64,000 nt of DNA, from assembly GCF_988243305.1 (NCBI RefSeq), contig NZ_OZ547136.1, one strand, 5' to 3'. Below the pieces are notes generated by a model. The model saw nothing but the letters and a program-made list of their open reading frames with translations, was not told the origin of the DNA and searched no databases. A program made the translations under genes and the position numbers. Position 1 is the stretch's first letter; the number at the start of each line of letters is the position of its first letter. Below are positions 49,152 to 64,000 of this stretch, piece after piece.

Positions 49152-50417
49152 TTACTTCAGCATAAAGTCATACTGAATACTCCTTTTCACATCCCAGTAA
49201 TTCAGGCGATCGCCCAGCGCACTGCCATCGCGCTTTTCCCGCCCTTTATCGGCAGCAAGAAAGAAATTCATCCCTTGTAACGGCCCTTCGCTGACCCGAT
49301 AGTTCATACCACCTAAGATACCCGCGCCTTCAATCCGCACATCTCGTTTACTGGATTCATAGCCGCGAGTCACAATCGGTGCAAATGTCATCGTAAATTG
49401 CGGGGTTAAACGATAATTGACACCCAATTGCCAGGACTGCATTCCTTCACGGTTACGATCAAGACTTAATGAAAAGGGATAGCCAATGTCGGTATCCACC
49501 ACGGCACCATTCATTGCATGGCGCAAATAACCACCACTGCCAAATACGCTTCCCCACGGCGCATTCCAGGTCAATTGTCCACTAACCAACGCCGTTTCAT
49601 TGGGCTGGCTGGTATTACGACTTAAACCTTCAAGTTGCGCGTAAAAGCCGAGCAACTCCCCTTTCAACGTATAATTCGGGTCAAGCGGTATGCTTTTCTC
49701 GAGAATACTTTGTATCTGATTGGAAACATCTTTCTGTACCGATGCCCCCAGAGAATAGCGACTGGTATCATCATGCCAACTGGCGGCTAAAAAAGAACGT
49801 GCGCGATGTTTATCGTATTTTCCCGTCTGGCTGTTATACACCCCTTCATCACGAATACCGGTTGTTGAATCAGTCCATAAAAATACTCGTGAACGCCACA
49901 TTCCCCACAGATCAATATTTGGCGTTAAAGCCCAATAACCTAATGCTCCTTCAGAAACTGTCGGTAATGTACGTTGCGAACTGCCAGCCATTAACGGAAT
50001 ACGATAAGGTAAGCTACCATAACTATAATCCGTCCCGAAGCGACCTAATTTTAGCAGGCTATTTTCACTGGGTTTTATTTTTACTGCCCCCAGGGCAAAG
50101 CCAAAACTTTTATCACCATCAAGATACCACCGGGTACTCATATCAGCACGAGCACCTAATTTATAAACATAATACGCTCCGCCTTCAACGCCAATAATAT
50201 TGGAATAATAACCACTATTGAAATCGAGCAATCCTCCCTGTACCCATGCGTAAATATCTCTTCCCGCGCCAGCACTGGGCTTATCAGCCCTGCGCAATTC
50301 GTTTTTCAGTCTGATGCGTAGTCCCGCTTCATCGTCAGCCAGTTGCGCCGCGTAAGCAGAGGTAAGGCCAGAGGCAGCCGTCAGGCAAATAACGGCCATG
50401 GCCACTATTTTTCTCAT
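49152..50417 (-). CDS. uidC: Outer membrane glucuronide porin UidC
   Basis: 421 aa with a signal peptide and beta-barrel-type sequence ending ..YDFMLK. Confidence 0.94.
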   Translation of the reverse strand: MRKIVAMAVICLTAASGLTSAYAAQLADDEAGLRIRLKNELRRADKPSAGAGRDIYAWVQGGLLDFNSGYYSNIIGVEGGAYYVYKLGARADMSTRWYLDGDKSFGFALGAVKIKPSENSLLKLGRFGTDYSYGSLPYRIPLMAGSSQRTLPTVSEGALGYWALTPNIDLWGMWRSRVFLWTDSTTGIRDEGVYNSQTGKYDKHRARSFLAASWHDDTSRYSLGASVQKDVSNQIQSILEKSIPLDPNYTLKGELLGFYAQLEGLSRNTSQPNETALVSGQLTWNAPWGSVFGSGGYLRHAMNGAVVDTDIGYPFSLSLDRNREGMQSWQLGVNYRLTPQFTMTFAPIVTRGYESSKRDVRIEGAGILGGMNYRVSEGPLQGMNFFLAADKGREKRDGSALGDRLNYWDVKRSIQYDFMLK

Positions 50418-50455
50418 AGTTGCACCTTTGATGTTCTGATTATTTTTATTGAATA

Positions 50456-53688
<3,233 letters not shown>

Positions 53689-54026
53689 TTAACCAATTCT
53701 GTGTTGCACACAGTTATCTGTGAGAAACCCATGGAAGAGAAATGGAAATAAAAAGAACTGACACCGCGATCAAAAAACCAAAAACTGCAATACCCACAGC
53801 GTGATATAGATCGCATTAATCTTTAAAACAGCGTTGACATAAGCCACAAAATAAGCAATCGAACGTTCGTTCGAGCATATTGGGAACGATAAACTCTCAT
53901 GACATATGGCTACAGTGAATATTTGGGGGGAATTCTCCGAACCCAGGAAGGATATTTTTTGCACAGAGAAATTACGATATGAAACGCGGGCTCAGTTGTC
54001 ACCAGCCCGCGGAAAGAGAGAGAGGA

Positions 54027-54617
54027 TCAGGATGCGGTTAAGATACCGCCAATCATCGCGCGTAATCCCTGAGCAAACGACGCTTCACGCGCCAGATCTT
54101 CCGCTTCGATATCGGCCAGTACACCGTAGGTCAGATCCAGCAGTAAACGTGAAGTCATTGCCGTGTTGATGTCTGGGCTTATCTCGCCTTTTTGCTGGGC
54201 ATCACGCATCCGCTGGGCAACAAATTCCGTGATCGTCATATGTTTATTTTTAAGCATGGCGGCGACCTGTGGGTTACGCATCCCTTCCGCCATAATTTCA
54301 ACCACCAGCGCCCGTTGTCCAAAGGCTTCATGGGTGAGAGAGACAATGGACTCGACCATATAGTCAACAAAATGAATCCCTTCAATCGGTTCCCGGAAAC
54401 GGGCCAGCGCCCTCTCCTGGTCCTGTAAGATAATCGCCTGAATCAAGGCTTCTTTGGAGATGAAATGGTGATAGAGCGTCCCGGGACTAATGGCGCAAGA
54501 TTTACAGATGGCTTTCATCGAGGCACTGTGAAATCCATTTTCTGAAAAAATCTCTCTGGCAGCATTGAGGATCCGGGTCCGTGTCGGTTGTGCTTCAGTC
54601 TGCATGTTATCCATCAT
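54027..54617 (-). CDS. uidR: TetR-family repressor of the uid operon
   Basis: 196 aa with an N-terminal TetR HTH. Confidence 0.95.
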   Translation of the reverse strand: MMDNMQTEAQPTRTRILNAAREIFSENGFHSASMKAICKSCAISPGTLYHHFISKEALIQAIILQDQERALARFREPIEGIHFVDYMVESIVSLTHEAFGQRALVVEIMAEGMRNPQVAAMLKNKHMTITEFVAQRMRDAQQKGEISPDINTAMTSRLLLDLTYGVLADIEAEDLAREASFAQGLRAMIGGILTAS

Positions 54618-54845
54618 TAAACCATTATAGTTAGCGTGAATAACTAGTTTACCGCGTTGTCAGGTGAGCGCCTATCATTGCTGTTGAATAGTGCGAAGGT
54701 ACACTCTATTCGTATACTTTTCACCCAACAATTGGTTAACCAATAGCCGTGATTTGGCTGCCAGTTGTTTCGCAGAGACGTTGATGAGTTGTTCACGCTA
54801 TCCCGGTATACAACACGTACGGCTGTTTACCGGTCCGTTAGTGTA

Positions 54846-55613
54846 TTAATTGAGCTCCTGTACCCCACCACCGGAGACGGTGAGAATTTGTCCGCTTACC
54901 CAGCTGGCTGCAGGCGAGCAAAGGAACAGCGCCGCGTTAGCAATATCTTGCGGTTGGCCCAGACGTCTGATCGGCGTGTGTTGTAACATTTTTTGTTCAA
55001 TTTCTGGTGTAATAACGGATTTCAGGGCATCGGTTAATATTGCCCCCGGCGCAATGCCATTTACCCGAATATTTTTTTCACCCAGGTCAAACGCCATATT
55101 TCTGACCAGATGACTGGCCGCAGCTTTAGATGATGCATAGGAAGTCATGTTTATATTTTTATTTTCTGCCGCCATAGAAGTGATGGTCAGAATAACGCCA
55201 CCACCATTTTTTTCCATTTCTGGCGCAACAAGTTGTGACAGATGGAAAAAAGAAAACACATTCAGTTCATAAGCACGGCGAAAATCCGCCATTGGCATAT
55301 CAAACGGTTTAGGACCACCGCCACCGGCGTTGTTAACCAGAATATCAACTTTACCCAGCTTACTGACGGCAAAGTCTGCCAGTGCAGAGAGTTCCTGTTC
55401 GGACGTAATATCACAACGCCAGGCAAATGCCTGACCACCCAGTTGTTGAATTTTGTCTACAACATGGTTAGCTGCGTCGGCGTTAATATCACTGACCACC
55501 ACAGATGCGCCAGCTGTCGCGAATGTAATGGCGATTTCTTTACCAATACCTGCACCCGCACCTGTGATGATGGCGCATTTTCCGTCGAGTCTCAGGTTGT
55601 CAGAATTAAACAC
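54846..55613 (-). CDS. hdhA: 7-alpha-hydroxysteroid dehydrogenase (SDR)
   Basis: 255 aa with TGAGAGIG and YASSKAA motifs. Confidence 0.95.
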   Translation of the reverse strand: MFNSDNLRLDGKCAIITGAGAGIGKEIAITFATAGASVVVSDINADAANHVVDKIQQLGGQAFAWRCDITSEQELSALADFAVSKLGKVDILVNNAGGGGPKPFDMPMADFRRAYELNVFSFFHLSQLVAPEMEKNGGGVILTITSMAAENKNINMTSYASSKAAASHLVRNMAFDLGEKNIRVNGIAPGAILTDALKSVITPEIEQKMLQHTPIRRLGQPQDIANAALFLCSPAASWVSGQILTVSGGGVQELN

Positions 55614-55724
55614 ATAAACCTCCTGTGAACTTCAGTAAAAATAAAAGGCACCGCCTGTGTGCCACATTTTTTATCATTAACCTTGAGGAAAGGACACTAC
55701 CAGGTATAGCAGATAAAGAGAGGA

Positions 55725-58520
<2,796 letters not shown>

Positions 58521-58529
58521 GGATAAGAT

Positions 58530-59702
58530 ATGTTCGATTTTTCAAAGGTCGTGGATCGTCATGGCACATGGTGTACGCAGTGGGATTATGTCGCTGACCG
58601 TTTCGGCACTGCTGACCTGTTACCGTTCACGATTTCAGACATGGATTTTGCCACTGCCCCCTGCATTATCGAGGCGCTGAATCAGCGCCTGATGCACGGC
58701 GTGTTTGGCTACAGCCGCTGGAAAAACGATGAGTTTCTCGCGGCTATTGCCCACTGGTTTTCCACCCAGCATTACACCGCCATTGATACGCAGTCGGTGG
58801 TGTATGGCCCTTCTGTTATCTACATGGTCTCGGAACTGATTCGTCAGTGGTCTGAAAAAGGTGAAGGCGTGGTGATCCACACACCCGCCTATGACGCATT
58901 TTACAAGGCCATTGAAGGTAACCAGCGCACAGTAATGCCCGTCGCTTTAGAGAAGCGGGCTGACGGCTGGTTTTGCGATATGGGCAAGCTGGAAGCCGTG
59001 TTGGCGAAACCAGAATGTAAAATTATGCTCCTGTGTAGCCCACAGAATCCTACCGGGAAAGTGTGGACGTGCGATGAACTGGAGATCATGGCTGACCTGT
59101 GCGAGCGTCATGGTGTGCGGGTTATTTCCGATGAAATCCATATGGATATGGTCTGGGGCGAGCAGCCGCATATTCCCTGGAGTAATGTGGCGCGGGGAGA
59201 CTGGGCGTTGCTGACGTCGGGATCGAAAAGTTTCAATATTCCCGCGCTGACCGGTGCTTATGGGATTATAGAAAATAGCAGCAGCCGTGATGCCTATTTA
59301 TCGGCACTGAAAGGACGTGATGGGCTTTCTTCCCCTTCGGTACTGGCGTTAACTGCCCATATCGCCGCCTATCAGCAAGGCGCGCCGTGGCTGGATGCCT
59401 TACGCGTCTATCTGAAAGATAACCTGACGTATATCGCAGATAAAATGAACTCCGCGCTCCCTGAACTCAACTGGCAGATCCCGCAATCCACTTATCTGGC
59501 CTGGATTGATCTACGTCCGTTGAATATTGACGACAACGCGTTGCAAAAAGCGCTTATCGAGCAAGAGAAGGTCGCGATCATGCCGGGGTATACCTACGGT
59601 GAAGAAGGTCGTGGTTTTGTCCGTCTCAATGCCGGGTGCCCGCGTTCGAAACTGGAAAAAGGTGTTGCTGGATTAATTAACGCCATCCGCGCTGTTCGTT
59701 AA
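58530..59702 (+). CDS. malY: PLP-dependent cystathionine beta-lyase / MalT-regulon modulator MalY
   Basis: 390-aa ORF recognised as MalY. Confidence 0.95.
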   Translation: MFDFSKVVDRHGTWCTQWDYVADRFGTADLLPFTISDMDFATAPCIIEALNQRLMHGVFGYSRWKNDEFLAAIAHWFSTQHYTAIDTQSVVYGPSVIYMVSELIRQWSEKGEGVVIHTPAYDAFYKAIEGNQRTVMPVALEKRADGWFCDMGKLEAVLAKPECKIMLLCSPQNPTGKVWTCDELEIMADLCERHGVRVISDEIHMDMVWGEQPHIPWSNVARGDWALLTSGSKSFNIPALTGAYGIIENSSSRDAYLSALKGRDGLSSPSVLALTAHIAAYQQGAPWLDALRVYLKDNLTYIADKMNSALPELNWQIPQSTYLAWIDLRPLNIDDNALQKALIEQEKVAIMPGYTYGEEGRGFVRLNAGCPRSKLEKGVAGLINAIRAVR

Positions 59703-59805
59703 CCCCAATTGCGCAACGTAAAAAATCGTTGCGCAATCGTGGATTTTTACCCTGCTTTGTTTTTATAATGGTGCGCACTTTTATATCCAGAAAAAGAGTG
59801 CGACC

Positions 59806-60807
59806 ATGATTGATACCACCCTGCCATTAACTGATATCCATCGCCACCTTGATGGCAACATTCGTCCCCAGACCATTCTTGAACTTGGCCGCCAGTATAA
59901 TATCTCGCTTCCTGCACAATCCCTGGAAACACTGATTCCCCACGTTCAGGTCATTGCCAACGAACCCGATCTGGTGAGCTTTCTGACCAAACTTGACTGG
60001 GGCGTTAAAGTTCTCGCCTCTCTTGATGCCTGTCGCCGCGTGGCATTTGAAAACATTGAAGATGCAGCCCGTCACGGCCTGCACTATGTCGAGCTGCGTT
60101 TTTCACCAGGCTACATGGCAATGGCACATCAGCTGCCTGTAGCGGGTGTTGTCGAAGCGGTGATCGATGGCGTACGTGAAGGTTGCCGCACCTTTGGTGT
60201 GCAGGCGAAGCTTATCGGCATTATGAGCCGGACCTTCGGCGAAGCCGCCTGTCAGCAAGAGCTGGAGGCCTTTTTAGCCCACCGTGACCAGATTACCGCA
60301 CTTGATTTAGCCGGTGATGAACTTGGTTTCCCAGGAAGTCTGTTCCTTTCTCACTTCAACCGCGCGCGTGATGCGGGCTGGCATATTACCGTCCATGCAG
60401 GCGAAGCTGCCGGGCCGGAAAGCATCTGGCAGGCGATTCGTGAACTGGGGGCGGAACGTATTGGACATGGCGTAAAAGCCATTGAAGATCGGGCGCTGAT
60501 GGATTTTCTCGCCGAGCAGCAAATTGGTATTGAATCCTGTCTGACCTCCAATATTCAGACCAGCACCGTGGCAGAGCTGGCGGCACATCCGCTGAAAACG
60601 TTCCTTGAGCATGGCATTCGTGCCAGCATTAACACTGACGATCCCGGCGTACAGGGAGTGGATATCATTCACGAATATACCGTTGCCGCGCCGGCTGCTG
60701 GGTTATCCCGCGAGCAAATCCGCCAGGCGCAGATTAATGGTCTGGAAATGGCTTTCCTCAGCGCAGAGGAAAAACGCGCACTGCGAGAAAAAGTCGCTGC
60801 GAAGTAA
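59806..60807 (+). CDS. add: Adenosine deaminase
   Basis: 333 aa with [13 protein letters not shown] metal-binding N-terminus and SINTDDP motif. Confidence 0.96.
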
Positions 60808-60814
60808 CAAAAAT

Positions 60815-60837
60815 GGATGGTGCTAATTGCACCATCC
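60815..60837 (+). terminator. add terminator hairpin
   Basis: GGATGGTGC-taatt-GCACCATCC followed by TCTTTT. Confidence 0.7.
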
Positions 60838-60842
60838 TCTTT

Positions 60843-61883
60843 TCACGCAAGGCACAGCGTCGCGCGATGTTTGGCGGATTCGATGCCCAGCTCAATCAAC
60901 TCCATTACCTGGATTGCCTGACTTGCCGGAACCGGATTTTCACCATCGCCATTTAACGCATCACGAATAGCCGCATAGTAAGCCGGATAATTCCCTGGTA
61001 CTGTCAACAGCGTTTCTTCGACACGTTCCTCACCTTCCACGCGGGTAAGTACGCCATCACGCATATCGTAGCCCCAGTCTTCCTGCGGCAGACGCTCGCC
61101 ATTTTTCAGACGTTCTTCCTGTGGATCGAGGCCATATTTCACATAACTGCCTCGGGATCCATGCACGATATAACGTGCTGACTCAGCGGCTGCCAGCATG
61201 GTGCCGTGTAAAATGACTCGCCGCTGCGGATAGGACAAGATGGCGTGGAAATAATCGGTCGACTGCGCTCCGGGCCGTAACTGTGCCAAATCTACCGTCA
61301 TGCTAACCGGTAAACCAAATAACGTAATGGCCTGATCAAGAAGGTGCGGTGCTAAATCGTACCAGATACCGCTGCCAGGGCCGCCCTGTTCACGCCAACG
61401 ATCGCGCACCTGCGGACGGAAACGGTCAAAATGAGACTCAAAGTAAGCAACTTCACCCAGTACGCCTTCCGCGAGCAAACCTTTTAGCGTCAGGAAATCG
61501 CTATCCCAGCGACGGTTATGGAATACAGACAGCACACGCCCCAGGCTTTTTGCCAGCGCTTCCAGCTCGCGCGCTTGTGACAGTGTCACGGTAAAGGGTT
61601 TATCAACGACCACATGTTTACCCGCCTCAAGCGCCGCTTTGGCTAACGGGAAATGGGTATCGTTGGGTGTAGGAATGACAATCAGGTCTATGTTGGGATC
61701 GTTAAACAGATGCTTCGGCTCAGAGACAACCGTAACCGTTGGCCAGTCGGCTTTTACTTTTGTTTCATCACTGCTGGAGATTACCGCCAGTTCCAGCCCG
61801 GGCGTGCCCGCAATCAGGGGCGCATGGAAGGTTTTGCTCGCATAACCATACCCAATCAACCCAACACGGATGTTGTCGCTCAT
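60843..61883 (-). CDS. ydgJ: Gfo/Idh/MocA-family oxidoreductase YdgJ
   Basis: MSDNIRVGLIGYGYASKTFHAPLI... gives 346 aa from the internal ATG of the 359-aa track ORF. Confidence 0.93.
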   Translation of the reverse strand: MSDNIRVGLIGYGYASKTFHAPLIAGTPGLELAVISSSDETKVKADWPTVTVVSEPKHLFNDPNIDLIVIPTPNDTHFPLAKAALEAGKHVVVDKPFTVTLSQARELEALAKSLGRVLSVFHNRRWDSDFLTLKGLLAEGVLGEVAYFESHFDRFRPQVRDRWREQGGPGSGIWYDLAPHLLDQAITLFGLPVSMTVDLAQLRPGAQSTDYFHAILSYPQRRVILHGTMLAAAESARYIVHGSRGSYVKYGLDPQEERLKNGERLPQEDWGYDMRDGVLTRVEGEERVEETLLTVPGNYPAYYAAIRDALNGDGENPVPASQAIQVMELIELGIESAKHRATLCLA

Positions 61884-62125
61884 GTCATTGCCTCTCATTG
61901 AAGTATGATGGCTATTTGACACTATCCTTTACCCACGCTCAACAGTTTAATAACCTGCCAGCAATAAGGGATGTTGTTTAACTTAAGTCAAAAAAATAGC
62001 GAATTTTCCAACGACAAAAGCTAAATATCGCAAAAACCTCAGTAAAAATCTTGCTGGAGCTATTATTGCTAAGTAACATTTACCCCCTGAAGTTAATGGA
62101 TCAATCAAGAGAGATGTGGGCTGTA

Positions 62126-62251
62126 ATGAATCGTCTTATTGAATTAACAGGTTGGATCGTTCTTGTCGTTTCAGTCATTCTTCTTGGCGTGGCGAGTCAC
62201 ATTGACAACTATCAGCCACCTGAACAGAGTGCTTCGGTACAACACAAGTAA
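62126..62251 (+). CDS. blr: Small membrane protein Blr (41 aa)
   Basis: MNRLIELTGWIVLVVSVILLGVASHIDNYQPPEQSASVQHK* lies within the 66-aa track ORF and matches K-12 Blr. Confidence 0.8.
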   Translation: MNRLIELTGWIVLVVSVILLGVASHIDNYQPPEQSASVQHK

Positions 62252-62523
62252 GCTCTGCACTTGTGGAGCGACATGCTGCCCGTCCGGGTGCATGTTTTCA
62301 CTTGTCGGATATTAAACCAGGAATTTATTATCTTGTTCGATGTTGTTGGTGATTGTCAGGGATAGTAAAGCGCGTTACTCTTTTCAGAGCAGTTTTTCAT
62401 CCCTGAATATTTGCCATCAGCGCATTCTTATTATTGTAATAACACAAGCGTTCACTTTTGGTGAAATTTTATCATCACTAATAATACCTACCCCTTTGGT
62501 ATTAATTATTTTATGGACCTTTT

Positions 62524-62739
62524 ATGACTGTTCAGGACTACTTATTAAAATTTCGCAAAATCAGTTCACTCGAAAGTTTGGAAAAACTCTACGACCATCT
62601 TAATTACACCCTGACGGACGATCAGGAACTGATCAATATGTATCGTGCTGCCGATCACCGTCGCGCAGAGCTGGTTTCTGGCGGGCGTTTGTTTGACCTC
62701 GGCCAGGTACCGAAGTCCGTCTGGCACTATGTCCAATAA
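62524..62739 (+). CDS. cnu: Hha-family H-NS-binding protein Cnu (YdgT)
   Basis: 71 aa, [50 protein letters not shown]... Confidence 0.94.
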
Positions 62740-62824
62740 AGAAAGTAGCGATCGGTTATAAAAGCCTTATAATAACGCCCCTAAAATTAGATTTGCCTGT
62801 TTGCGTCGCTATTCTGGAGAACCT

Positions 62825-63265
62825 ATGACCACCACAACGCCACAACGTATTGGAGGCTGGTTGCTTGGCCCATTGGCCTGGCTTTTAGTCGCTCTGTTAA
62901 GTACGACGCTGGCGTTGTTGCTGTATACCGCTGCGTTATCTTCTCCGCAAACATTTCAAACGCTCGGCGAACAAGCACTGACGACACAAATCTTATGGGG
63001 CGTTTCTTTTATTACCGCTATCGCCATGTGGTATTACACACTGTGGTTGACCATCGCTTTCTTTAAACGTCGGCGTTGTGTTCCTAAACACTATATTATC
63101 TGGCTGCTTATTTCCGTATTGCTGGCAGTAAAAGCGTTCGCTTTTTCACCCGTGGAAGATGGCATAGCCGTTCGCCAGTTACTGTTTACTTTGTTGGCAA
63201 CCGCATTGATCGTCCCCTATTTTAAACGCTCGTCGCGGGTGAAAGCGACGTTTGTGAATCCGTAA
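62825..63265 (+). CDS. ydgK: DUF2569-family inner membrane protein YdgK
   Basis: MTTTTPQRIGGWLLGPLAWLLV... gives 146 aa from the internal ATG of the 154-aa track ORF. Confidence 0.92.
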   Translation: MTTTTPQRIGGWLLGPLAWLLVALLSTTLALLLYTAALSSPQTFQTLGEQALTTQILWGVSFITAIAMWYYTLWLTIAFFKRRRCVPKHYIIWLLISVLLAVKAFAFSPVEDGIAVRQLLFTLLATALIVPYFKRSSRVKATFVNP

Positions 63266-63341
63266 TAACCTTACAGTTAACCTGTTGTCGCCTGCTCTGG
63301 ATTAACGGATAATAGGCGGCTTTTTTATTTCAGGCCGAAAA

Positions 63342-63923
63342 ATGACTGACTACCTGTTACTGTTTGTCGGAACTGTACTGGTCAATAACTTTGTACTGGT
63401 CAAGTTTCTCGGTCTCTGTCCGTTTATGGGGGTTTCCAAAAAGCTGGAAACCGCGATGGGCATGGGGCTGGCTACAACGTTTGTGATGACGCTGGCGTCT
63501 ATTTGCGCCTGGCTTATCGATACGTGGATTTTGATCCCGCTTAATCTGATTTACCTGCGCACCCTGGCGTTTATTCTGGTGATTGCTGTGGTTGTGCAGT
63601 TCACCGAGATGGTGGTGCGCAAAACCAGCCCGGTGCTTTACCGTCTGCTGGGGATTTTTTTGCCGCTTATCACCACCAACTGTGCAGTGCTCGGCGTGGC
63701 GTTGCTGAATATCAATCTCGGGCACAATTTCTTGCAGTCGGCGCTGTACGGTTTTTCCGCCGCTGTCGGTTTCTCGCTGGTGATGGTGCTTTTCGCCGCC
63801 ATCCGCGAACGCCTTGCTGTGGCTGATGTCCCGGCACCTTTTCGCGGTAATGCCATTGCGTTAATTACCGCAGGTCTTATGTCTCTGGCCTTTATGGGCT
63901 TTAGTGGTTTGGTGAAGTTGTAA
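63342..63923 (+). CDS. rsxA: SoxR-reducing (Rnf-type) complex subunit RsxA
   Basis: 193-aa polytopic [39 protein letters not shown]... Confidence 0.96.
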
Positions 63924-64000
63924 TGAATGCTATCTGGATTGCCGTTGCCGCCGTGAGCCTGCTGGGCCTGGCGTTTGGCGCCATTCTGGGTTATGCCTCC
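63923..64000 (+). CDS. rsxB: RsxB, 5' end only (runs off the window)
   Basis: The ATG overlaps the rsxA TAA (TAATG). [26 protein letters not shown].. matches the RsxB N-terminus. Confidence 0.85.

Overview
The window is an Escherichia coli chromosomal segment, syntenic with K-12 from ynfD to rsxB. It carries ynfEFGH-dmsD, clcB, mlc, asr, mdtJI, pntAB, rstAB, TerB/tus, fumCA, manA, uidRABC, malIXY, add and cnu. Gene calls rest on the ORF track plus my recognition of the protein sequences; no searches were run. The core genes look ordinary and intact, with one exception. The AI-2 exporter gene tqsA is split after codon 45 by a 15.3-kb insertion (16458-31795) bounded by a 9-bp direct repeat (TGCTGTTAT). 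The insert encodes a P4-type integrase, AlpA, a Rha-like protein, an Icd-like protein, a RepA/AAA_25-type helicase next to an iteron array, SSB and a PerC-like regulator. It also carries a complete HK97-type head and packaging set: major capsid protein (MCP), protease, portal, gp7-like and gp6-like head-tail proteins, HNH, TerS and TerL. I can recognise no tail, lysis or CI/Cro-type genes. I read it as a capsid-forming phage-inducible chromosomal island (cf-PICI-type satellite) that needs a helper phage only for tails and lysis. Inside it I flag several non-coding structures: helically phased repeats, iterons, a palindromic operator pair, a G9 tract, twin terminators and a repeat-rich terminal region. 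I also flag a divergent pair of genes for an Arc-like repressor and a small membrane peptide. No rRNA, tRNA or CRISPR array was seen.
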